From NCBI GenBank assembly GCA_905331295.1, contig CAJNYD010000020.1, forward strand, positions 1 to 64,000: 64,000 nt of DNA, written 5' to 3'. The notes below the pieces were generated by a model. It was not told the DNA's origin and did not search any database. It was given only the letters and a program-made list of their open reading frames with translations. The translations under genes were made by a program, and so were the position numbers. Shown here in pieces: positions 1-11,618 of this stretch (position 1 is the first letter of the stretch; every line of letters begins with the position of its first letter). The DNA comes from Rotaria socialis (Eukaryota).

Positions 1-1
1 C

Positions 2-145
2 AATCCAATGTTAACTGTATGTTCATCATCATTTCATTCTGGTGGTGGTGGTACAGAAATACAAAGATATTTAGAATATCAAAAAGCTTGGCAAGTTATT
101 CAATTACGTCATAATTCAACTGATAGGAAAATTTATGCTTGTTAA
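2..145 (+). CDS. 3' end of a gene entering from the left edge; product unknown
   Basis: Open frame from position 2 (NPMLTVCSSSFHSGGGGTEIQRYLEYQKAWQVIQLRHNSTDRKIYAC) ending in TAA at 143-145, followed by AT-rich UTR-like sequence. No recognisable motif. Confidence 0.45.
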   Translation, partial: NPMLTVCSSSFHSGGGGTEIQRYLEYQKAWQVIQLRHNSTDRKIYAC

Positions 146-849
146 AATAACGTTGTTGTATGAAGATTTTTTTTATATAAATTATTATAATAGATAGGAT
201 AAATATTTTTTTCAAATTCTTCCCAACTGAAATCATTGGTATTACTTCATTAAAGAGAAACAGTCCTTGAATACTCTGTATCGATTACCAAGACAATTTG
301 TATTGCAAGCAGTTTTTTGTTCCCTTACCTTTATTTCATATTTATCAAGTTTATGCCTTGTTTAACCCATTCCACATTAGTTGCTATATATTTAAATAAA
401 AAAGTATACACGTTCTCAGTTATGCTTGTTTTTCTTGTTGATTAAAGTAATGTTTTCTTTTTACGACTCCAATACGATTCACTTAACACTATTATTACAG
501 TTGACGCGTCATAGTCTTGCACCATTTTGTTTTCATTTCAATTAGATAGCATCAATCTAATATTATGATATAATTGTGTGTGGTGAATATTAAATACTAT
601 CTATAAGTATATACATATTTGTTTCATGAGAGAAATGCTTCAGTATAAAATTAAGTTAATAATATGAAAGTTTTTTACTAACAAAACAAAAGACATGCAA
701 AATAATTTTGTGGAACTTACACATATTTTCGAAGAAAATGGTGAATGTAAGTTTAAAAGCGAGATTTGTACAGCCCCCCATTACAGACATTAATGGGTTT
801 AAAATTGTACTAATTAGGAGCTAGACTAATTAGGTTTCTATTTCTTCTT

Positions 850-1362
850 TTTGTGTACTCAAAAAGTGAGTAAACTAGAATCGGTCAGTGTGTCCGTCCG
901 GCCGTAGGCACGATAACTTTCGAAAGGAGAGTCAAATCGTGATGAAATTTTCCACACAGTTCAATCTCATGAATATCTCGATCGAGTTCGAAGATGAGAA
1001 GAATTCCTCAAGAAATGGCCGAGTTATCGAAAAAATTGTCATTTTTGATCAGACCATCCTTGAAGGGGAGAACAGGGATTTTTCAAAAAAACTTTTGTCT
1101 CAGAATTATCCACAACATATATAAATCGACTCAGTTTTTAACGCTGATTCTGAATCTGATATTAGTTTTGAACTAAATCGTAGCTTTCTAACGAAACATC
1201 GCCTGAAAAACGTCTCAAAATGCGCAAAAACTGCATCCAGAAATCAAATTGCCTAGTTTTTTATGATAATTTTCGTGTTCAGACATTCTAGAATGACTCA
1301 TAAGTCCCATGCACTTTTTGCAGTACACATAACTCTCGGATGAAATCCAAAGTTTCCACATT
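850..1362 (+). mobile_element. Non-autonomous Helentron-associated element (HINE/DINE-1-like)
   Basis: 5' subterminal repeat TGTGTACTCAAAAAGTG (852-868) is inverted at CACTTTTTGCAGTACACA (1312-1329) with one indel. Also a 5' hairpin TACTCA..TGAGTA, a GTCCGTCCG microsatellite near 892, a 3' stem-loop AACTCTCGGATGAAATCCAAAGTT (1331-1354) and T-rich flanks. Confidence 0.7.
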
Positions 1363-3056
1363 TATTTTTTATTGTAGACTATACGAAAAAAAGTAAAGTC
1401 TACCCGTTACAGACCATGCCAGCTTGGTTAGGTCATCGTTTAAAATATCAGCTGACAATTAACCCTTCATTACAGGCATAAGCAAATAGATAATTGCCTA
1501 ATTATATATTTTTGAAACTAAGATAGACTTTTCATTTGAGTTTATGGTGAATTATTTTAGTAAGCCTAAGGGATATACGTGAGTTCCCCACTTTAGCCCC
1601 AAAAGGGCTGCGCTAACAAGCTTCTATTTGTAAACTGATATATTTTAATCCTTATGAAATATTTTTTTATTTTTTCATACATTGTGAAATTTCGTCTTAT
1701 CAACACACATGACGCATAGCTCATCAAAATCTATGGTAGGTCTTCTTTTCAAATTAGAATGATACCCTCAAGACATTATATGCTCTAATAAGTACATTAT
1801 TTTTAATCTTTCCTATTAAAACCTGGATTAACGATATTGAATTGTCTTTTATTTCGTTAATATTCATGTTTGTACGCATTCATCTAATTTAAAATATGTT
1901 AAATTGTTTTTCTTATTCAATAAATAAACATATGATCAGAGTAAATTAATGCTCTATAGTTGCAATACATAATTAAAAAATAAAAAATAATGTGCGACTT
2001 TAGACGTCAATTGTTGATAGATTTTGTAAGGAAATTAAGCTAGATTCATTGTTGATATTTCAATTGTTGTAGAATTCTATTCATAGTTTTTAATAATTCA
2101 ATATTGCCTAAGCTTTGAAAAACAATACTCCATATTTTACTTTTCATGACAATCAACTTGGTTTGTATGTCGCGACAGTATTATCGAATATGCAAAAATA
2201 AATAGCACAGAAAAATAGTATTTCATAATTATCTACTTTTTTTGTTGTTCATTTGTTACACAAAAATGTCGCAACCAAACAGAATATTTATTTAGCCCCT
2301 TTATTGAATTATGTTGTTTTTGTTTTTAATCTACCCTTTTCCAAAGGGTTCAAAGGGTTTGCCTTGCACAATCAGAATGAAATGGTTGCCGTTTGGTTGT
2401 GCAATACATCGCAAAACGACCAGAGTATAAAAAGCTGTGCATAGCATTGAAAAAAGTAATTCATCTGTAGCTTCTATTCGGCCTAGTGTTACAACTCAGT
2501 AGCTGCTAGAACTTCTGTTTGATTTCGTCAGTCCTTCGTAGTTTGTGGACTTTTCTACAGTCCACTTGCACACTTTCCGGTCTTCGGGTGGCACGTTCCA
2601 ACACATGTGAAAATGTGGGGAAGCTCGGCATTCTTCAATCGAAAGATGAAGCTAACGGGCCCCACGAGTACTGCCACTGGAGGCCCTTACTTCAAGTGAA
2701 TACATCACTCAGCACGATTATAAAAGTGTGTATGAGTAATGCATTTCTTTGTTATAAGGGTACCAGTATATATTCGACGAAATGCAATAATATATTCAAT
2801 ATGAGTATAAAATATTTTTTTCTTTTGATATTTAGATATTTTTGTTTTCGTATTTCATCAAATAATATTTGTTTTGTTTTTACTTAGCTTAAGGATTAAA
2901 AAATCATCCGTGATCTTGCATCATTTACAATCCAATGAACAATAATTGATCTTAACATCATGAAAAACACAAAGAAGCTTAAAATGAAAATATTTATAAC
3001 ATAAAAGTGTACAAATTAGAAGAAAAAAATGCGTGACAAATTGTTAATGTCTGTTT

Positions 3057-3121
3057 TATGAATAAGGCTATAAAAATGTAATTTTTTTTTATGAACAAGG
3101 CTATAAAATGTAATTTTTTTT
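3057..3121. repeat. Short tandem duplication (about 33 bp x 2)
   Basis: TATGAATAAGGCTATAAAAATGTAATTTTTTTT followed directly by TATGAACAAGGCTATAAAATGTAATTTTTTTT. Confidence 0.8.
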
Positions 3122-4094
3122 CGGTGCAATAAAAAAGAAAAACTAGTAATTTCATCTGACACCCTTTTATCATTCAGAAACTACATGAAAATGTTTCTTC
3201 AGTGATAACATTTAACAAATTGAGGTCAATCTTAAATTTTTATTTGTTGATTTCATTCAAACTTGCAATAGAAATATCGCACAATTATTCGCAATTTTCT
3301 TTTTATAAGGACGAAATCAATTTGATCGTGCATTTCGAGAGCGTCAGCAAGGTTATATTAATAAAGCAAAAAAATTTCAATGCAATTTCAAGCTGCTATT
3401 AAATACTGATATTCGAAATCTCCGACGAAGAAAAAATGCCGCATACTTCAATTTCAAGTTGTTCTCATTCAACTAGACATTCTTTTCAATTTTTGTTTGG
3501 CCCTCGAATTGAAGAAAAAGATGACAATTTTATTTCATATTTTTTGTAAAATTAAACATATTTTCTTTTTGAAATGATCATAAAACAGAAGAAAAAAACT
3601 TAATATCTCTTACACTTGTTTACAGTTGTAGACGTCATCTGGTTATGCTTTTTAATATGAATACGTGCTTGTACTCACGATAGCAAGTTTAAAAACATTC
3701 ATACGAAAGTGTAAAAACATGTTAAAGGAGATAAGTTAAAAGTACATAAACAATACTTCATCTTGAGAATAAAGAAACGTAAGAGGCTCGAGTTTATGCA
3801 TCACACGAATATGCTCTTTTCTTTGCCTATTTCTTGTCAAACAACATTTTTCTATCAGTAACCATAATACGATGAAGTCCAAAAAGTACAACCCTACAAA
3901 ACATACGTATACTCAACAATATTTATGATTGGATATTGAATGAGTATCTACTAATGCGAAGGAAGTACGATGCAAATTTCACTGTATTAAAACTAACAAA
4001 AAATGTCAAATGACACATAAAACTAATATCAAAATTGCATCCTTCTTTTATAAGTTTTGTTGGTGATATATTATTATTATTTAGATCATATCCA

Positions 4095-7000
4095 ATGTCT
4101 TCAGATTGTGCGGATCAAACTCAGCTATCATCGATTCGATTGCTCTTAGGAGGAGTACATGAAGATAATCATGAGTATGTAATACAACGTCTATGTGAAC
4201 GTATTGATGGTCTTCTATCATGCAAATTTATTGACGATAACAATCAAGTTGAATTATGTTTCGATACAAATAAAATTGCCCAATATACACTTCTATCTGA
4301 AATACAACGACTTGGTCACCCTGTACAATCTTTAAATTCCGAAACTGTTGAAGCTCAATTACGCATTGAAGGCATGCATTGTAATTCGTGTGTATCAAAT
4401 ATTTGTGGTGCCGTACTTGATATGCCTGGCGCTATAGATATTAAATTAACCTTTCTGGATAAACTAGCTACAATTATCTATGATCCGTCTATGCTTCAAC
4501 TTGACGATATTATCACTGAAATAGAAAAACTAAGTTTTCAAGTTGCAGTTTCAAGTTCTTCACAGCCAAGAACAACTACGGACAATCATTCAAGTATGTA
4601 TTCCGTTGAAAAAACACTTTATTAAATAGACATCATAATACATGGAATATTTATCAAAGGTTATAATCAAAAATTCGAAATATCCACTGAAAGCAATCAA
4701 ATTCGTACAACGAATGAAATTGGTGAATAGTTTTTTAAATGTCTAATAAAATCAACTGAATAATTAATTTCATTTTTATTTCTAGTCATTGAAGAACCAG
4801 TATACACTCGTAAAGCAACTAGAAATTCTACATTGCTCGTCGGAACCGACGAGACTGAATTAGAAACATGCTATTTTACTGTTCTGGGTATGACATGTGC
4901 ATCATGCGTAGATAGTATACAGAGAAATCTATCGAAAGTTGACGGTATGTTTAATAATTTTGATGGGCATTGATTTTTATTAAGAACTATAGGTATTCAT
5001 TTGGTATTGGTTGCTTTATTATCGCAACGTGCTGAAGTTAAATATGATCCAGCACATCTTTTGCCATCACAAATAGCGAGTTTAATTAATAATCTTGGCT
5101 TTCGAGCTGAACTACTTGATAAAGTTGCACGCGGAATGGAAACGATCGATGTTAATGTAAGATAAATTTCTTTGGATAAATCAGAATAAATATATTTAAA
5201 ACAAATTATTCAAGATCGAAGGTATGTCATGTGCATCATGTGTAAATAAAATTCAAAATCATATGAGTCGAATACCTGGCATTTCATCGGCTAGTATTGT
5301 ATTACTTACAAATCGTGGAAAATTTCAATATGATTCGAGTATTATTGGACCAAGAGATATTCTTAAACATATTTCAGTGAAACATAGAATTATTTTTATT
5401 TTCTTGACGCATATAAATTGGATTTCGTTTTTTTTAAAAGGAAGATCTTGGTTTTCCAGCAACAGTTCTGACGGAAAATTTAAAATCTGAAAATCTGGCG
5501 CGTTTACATCGGCGCATAACACGTCAGTAAGTTAAGAAATTATTTGCATTGAATGTTTATGAATGTTTGATTTCATATTTTTGAATAGATGGAGAAATTC
5601 ATTTATTATCGCTGCTATTTTTGGTATTCCGGCAATGATTGTAATGTTTTTTTTCTTATTTAAATATAAAAATCATAGCCAAGCTCCACATGTTACAGCT
5701 GGCTTATCGGTAGAAAATTTAATCATGTTTCTCTTAGCAACACCTGTTCAAGTAAGTTAAGTATTTGCCACGTGGCACATTTTGAGTTACGAAATTTACC
5801 TTCGTAGATCATTAGCGGTCGATATTTTTATGTTCAAGCATTCAAATCATTAAAACATAAAACAGCTAATATGGAAGTTCTTATTGTATTAGCGACAAGT
5901 ATTGCTTATATTTATTCCATTATTGTTGTTATAGCAAATATGATCATGAAAATACCTAGTCCTATGGCATTCTTTGATGTTTCACCTAGTATGTTGAAAT
6001 ATATATTATCTATTATTCTTCAACATGACAGATACAAATGATATACGATAAAATACTGTATATCATTAGTATCCTTGTGATAATCTATAGCGATTTACTT
6101 TACTTATTACATTGTGGAAGGAAATAGATAAAAATAATGAGTTAAATTGTGTTTGAGATTTTAATCATACAGAAGTAACACTAATCATTTCCTTGTTTAT
6201 TTAGTGCTTTTCATGTTTGTTGCTTTGGGACGATGGCTAGAACATACAGCTAAAGTAATTAAAACAAATTATTAATAAAAGATATAAAAAAAATATATTA
6301 TAATTTAGGCTAAAACATCAGATGCATTAAAAAAACTTTTATCACTTCAACCACCACAAGGTACATTGATTAAATTGGATAGTAGAGGAAAAATTATTGA
6401 AGAAAAACTTGTTCTTGCTCAACTTATTCAACGTGATGACCTATTGAAAGTTCAGCCAGGTGAAACAATTCCAACCGATGGTCGTATTATTGATGGAGTA
6501 ACATCGTGTGATGAATCTCTAATAACAGGAGAATCGATGCCTGTTGATAAAACTGTGGGTGCACAAGTTATTGGTGGTACTAAAAATCTTGATGGTTTAA
6601 TTATTATGCGTGCAACACATGTTGGTCAAGAAACAGCATTAAAACAAATAATTCGATTAGTTGAAGATGCACAAACATCGAAAGCACCAATTCAACAATT
6701 AGCCGATAGAATTGCTGGCTATTTCGTACCATTTGTTGTGGCAACTTCATTACTTACTTTGAGTATTTATATCATTTTGGGTTATACCATGTTTGATAAA
6801 CTTGAAAAATATTCAGCAGTAATTTTTTCTTAGATTTTTATTTGTAAAATAATTAATCGGTTTTTTTTTTTCTTTCTTCTCAATTACTTGCAGTACTATC
6901 AACCGCCAGATCAAGACGAATCATCACATGACGCCAATATGAGTACTACATATGAACCATCAAAAACTGAAGTTATATTTGAACTTGCTTTTCGATATGC

Positions 7001-8712
7001 TATTACTGTATTGTCGATTGCTTGTCCGTGTGCATTAGGTTTAGCAACACCAACTGCAGTGATGGTTGGCACAGGTCTATTAAGTTTTATTATTGATAGA
7101 TAGAAATTTTCTAATCGAAAAATGTAGGTGTCGGAGCATCAAATGGTATTCTTATAAAAGGCGGAGAACCTCTTGAATCTGCACATCAAATTGGTACGAT
7201 TGTCTTCGATAAAACAGGAACCATTACTAAAGGAAAACCATCAGTCATCGATAAAAGAATATTCTTTCAAAATGCAGATATGACACTTGATCGAATGTTA
7301 GCTATTGCAGGTAGATAAAACTATGAAGGACAGATAAATCATATACACTATTTACTATTTCGTCTGTGATTTCTTTTAATAGGGACTGCTGAAAGTGGTT
7401 CAGAACATCCATTAGCTTTAGCCGTTCGTAATCACTGTAAAGATCATTTTGGTACTAATGAATTAGGTCTTTGCCGAGATTTTAAAGCTATTTGGGGCTA
7501 TGGTCTTCAAGCACGTGTTAGTAACATCGATTGTCTCGTAAAAAGTACGGACGGAGGTACATCTCATATATATTCAGTTTTAATTGGAAACCGAGAATGG
7601 ATGAAACGTAATCATTTAAGCGTTGATGATGGTATTGATAAAACAATGTCTATACATGAGCATGATGGTCATACAGCTGTACTAGTAGCTATTGATGGTA
7701 AAAATATATTTTTCAAAAGAAAATTGATCTCTCCCAAACAGATATCTATTTTAATTATATAGGTAAAGTTGTTGGCATGTTGGCTATTGCCGATGAAATA
7801 AAACCTACGGCCCCATTAACTATATATGCATTGCAATCGCTTGGTCTACGCACAATTTTATTAACAGGGGATAATGTTAAAACAGCTCGAGCCATTGCCA
7901 GTCAAGTAGGCATTAAAACTGTCTATGCTGAAGTTTTACCTACACACAAAGAACGTTTTATTGCCAGTCTAAAAGAAAATAAAAATTATCATGGTAAAGT
8001 AGCAATGGTCGGTGATGGAATTAATGATTCACCAGCGTTAGCTCGTGCTGATGTTGGTATTGCTGTTGGTACTGGTGCTGATGTTGCTGTTGAAGCAGCG
8101 TCAATTGTATTGATTCGTGATGAACTTTTCGATGTTGTTGCTGCTATTAAACTGTCAAAAAAGACCGTGTGGCGTATTCGACTTAATTTTATTTTTGCTA
8201 CTGTTTATAATTTAATTGGTATTCCAATTGCAGCTGGTATATCAATCGAATACATTTCAAGAGGAAAAGCGTTTTCTTTTTCGTTTATGTATTTTTTTCT
8301 TTTAGGTATACTTCTTCCTGCTGGTGTTCAACTTATGCCATGGATGGCAGCAGCAGCAATGGCATTATCTTCAGTTAGTGTAGTCGTTTCATCATTGCTG
8401 TTACGCTATTTTAAAAAGCCAAGAATGGAAAAATATGAACGAGACGTTCGTTATCGTCAATGGTCATTAGATAAATCAACTGGTATCGTTGTTCATCGTG
8501 GTATTGATGATTTACCAACGATGCGACCAAAATCAAGTATTCTATCAAGTTTTAGAAATAGTCGATTATCACAAATTGTTAGGGAATCTATATCAGTTGT
8601 TAAAAATGCTGTTATGGAAGAGAAAATAAAGGCAACAGTATATTTCAGCGATGAACAAGCTTCTAATAGGCAGAAAGAAGAAGAAACCGAATTACAAGTA
8701 ACTGCTTTATAA
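4095..8712 (+). CDS. ATP7: Copper-transporting P1B-type ATPase (ATP7A/B orthologue), multi-exon
   Basis: Spliced translation gives metal-binding domains GMHCNSC, GMTCASC and GMSCASC plus one Cys-less HMA-like domain. Also [31 protein letters not shown] and MALSS motifs, and a C-terminal VTAL. GT-AG introns keep the frame where checked; the ORF 7777-8712 reads through a probable in-frame intron at about 8237-8305. Confidence 0.97.
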
Positions 8713-9562
8713 AACAAAAGGCTACTTTCTTTCTGTATTAATTATAAAAGAATTTACGACTCTTTATATTTCTTTTGTTTATACAAATATATGATAATCT
8801 TTAATAAAATCGTTCTCTAAAGCCAACTATATCATGTTTTGATCTTCATTAATCTATATTGAGTTTGACCAGTTCATTATTTTTTGTTGAACTATTTCAA
8901 ACAAACGTGAGCTGAAACAATTCTAACTTTTTTTTCTTCGTTATGCTTAAAACAAAAATGATATGTTCTGTCTTACTTATTTACTCAGAAGATAAAAGCG
9001 AATATACATAGATAAGTTAAAGAAAAAGAAAAAAAAACAAGAGTTTGAACATGGCTGATAAGAGTAGAACAGGTGAATGCGCTTTCACAGTCAAATTACG
9101 AAGTCTGATATACTAGTTGTAAGTTGAATATTGTTGTTTTACATCTCTAATTAATTTTTCATGGTTATGATCATTCCCGGCTTCTGTTCAAAAGTGAAAT
9201 TTGATATCGACATTCGATCATCCATTGAGAGGACTTGATTAAATCTTCATCATTTACAGTTACGTATATACGTGATTATATGGCACCTCTCCCACCTGTC
9301 GAGATAAAAACCACAATAGATGACTAAATTTAAACTCATTCGCCATTATGTAACGAAACGTAGATGATCATTCTTATGCAAATATGCAGAATCCTTCTCT
9401 TTCTCTTCTATTCACATGTGCAATGCAGTACAAATACATTTATTTAAAGGATCCCATGTTCTATCTTCGCCCCGGAGATTCACAATACTTTCGCCACATA
9501 CACACGTGTCTTATGTCTTCTTATAGATTAGAAGAACCGATAAAAGAGGTTGGTAATTAGAT

Positions 9563-10378
9563 ATGAATCGCAGTAGTGCACAAAATTTAAATCATATGTC
9601 ACATGATACTCATCATCACGATCATCATATTGATGCATCCAAAGAAAAATTAACTACTATGGGACATCATCATCTCGATACAACGATGAAAGTAATCAAA
9701 ACTTTTAATAGTGTAAACTTTTCTTTTAAATATATCATTATTATTTAGATGTATTTTCATGCGGGTACTACTGAAACTATTCTATTTGAATCATGGACAA
9801 CCCCATCTATTACAAGTAAGACTTGTAAAAATGAAATTATCGAGATTATTAATATTTGGGTATTTTTTTCCAGTTTTTATTTGCTCATTGATCTTCATAT
9901 TTATTTTGGGAATTTTATACGAAGGACTTCGAGAAATTCGTCAATATTTAGATGAAACACGATTAATCGAAAGACCCATGTCCGTTAGAAATTATTCAAT
10001 CTTCATAATATTTAATTATTTACTTTAGAATATCAAAAGAAGGAAATGAGACTGAATTAGAACGTATGAATACTGAATTAGTTGAATCGGCTATCCGAAC
10101 TGGGAAGAAGTAAAAGAATAAAAGAAAAAGAAAATATTCATTTATCCTGTTTTATTTATTTATTTTTTTGAAGAATTCGTCCACAATTTCCTGAGCGTAT
10201 TCTACATAGTGTATTATATGCTGTTCATTTGATACTTGGCTATTCTTTAATGCTGATAGCAATGACCATGAATGTTTATCTCTTTTTCGCTATTATTTTC
10301 GGTATTGGTACAGGTCATTTATTATATGCATGGTGTCGTACAATATCGTTAGCTAAGAAGAATCAACGATCTACATGA
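9563..10378 (+). CDS. CTR1: CTR-family high-affinity copper uptake transporter, 5 exons
   Basis: His/Met-rich N-terminus (HMSHDTHHHDHH...MGHHH), MKMYFH...ILFESW, TM1 ending LYEGLR, TM2 with MxxxM (GYSLMLIAMTMN) and TM3 with GxxxG (GIGTG). Stop TGA at 10376-10378. Confidence 0.93.
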
Positions 10379-11618
10379 TAGCAACGGTTCTTTTGTTAAC
10401 AATGATCTTTCAACCATTCTGTCACATCACATTTAATGATCGTATTTGCTCTATTTTATTGTTATTTAGGAATTAACCTAACTGGGAATGAACTATTCAT
10501 TCAAATGGCGAGTTTTGTTTTTGTATGAACTAAATTGTTAATATGTTACAGAAAACAAGAATAGTTCAGTACGTAGTGTAGTAAACTGTGTTTATTTATC
10601 AGAATGTAAAATTGAAATACTGATTTATAATAACTATTTCTTTTCATTTATTCGTATCCCCAAATATCGAAACTTGCGAAGATCAATATCGAAAGATTGT
10701 TTTTTCGTAAGTAAATATTGAATTAAGCTCTGTTAGAAAGCAGACGCAGAGAAAAAGGATTATAAGGGTTTCGTTTTTTATTGCTTTACCATCAAGTGAT
10801 TTGATCTGCTTTCATGGCCTTTGCGGATATCACGATCGAACACAGTTCGAATTTAAATTGAATAGGTCTTGAGTTCGCGCGATTTTTAACGTAATATCGA
10901 TGAGGCAACTTTTGAAAACGTTTTTGTGACAGCTGTTTCTGTTTCAATGCAAATCAATAGCCTTTTTTCGAAATGAATTAGAAATAATCATTTATGAAAT
11001 AGCTTCAATTTTTAGAACATAAAAAACTATTTTACTATGAACAAGCTTGACCAACATGTTCCGATGCCATTAGAACGAATCAATCTATCCATATCCAATA
11101 TTATCATAGAACGTTGCGATAGATGTAGGCTTGGCTGTAGCCTTCCGAGAGACACACGATTGTTTGCATGGACATATATAATTCATATTTAACGCAGATT
11201 CATTACTAGCTGATGCGACTTCATTTTTCATATTGCCAAGCAATACATTCAATATAGTTGTGGGACAGTTTAGGGGCGGTATGGCCTCGTTGACGCCGGT
11301 TTGATGAAGACTCATAACAAAAATCTAAATAGGAAAGAAAAATAGGAAGTATATTGATGTTTCTTCACAATATGATATGACCAAGAAACAAAATATTCCA
11401 TGGAATAAAAGAGGAATCAATTACAAATATTTGGCATGAGTAATATGATAAATATTAAATCGACAATATGTAGGCCATAAAAGCATGATATTTTAACAAC
11501 TAAGTCGGCGTATAAAAAGAAAGTTGTTTTTTAAATTCATTCGTAACAACTTAGGGGCAAAAAGAAAACATATACCGATTCAAGCATTAAAATTTGTTAG
11601 GAAAAAAAAGAAACAGTT

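Noticed and set aside
888..1176. ORFs 888-1124 and 994-1176
   Set aside because: They lie inside the HINE-like element and have no protein motif.
2480..2887. GC-richer stretch and 122-aa ORF; reverse-strand CTGACGA suggested a hammerhead ribozyme
   Set aside because: The ORF starts at TTG and has no motif, and there is no stem II plus GAAA to complete a hammerhead core. Probably a decayed repeat.
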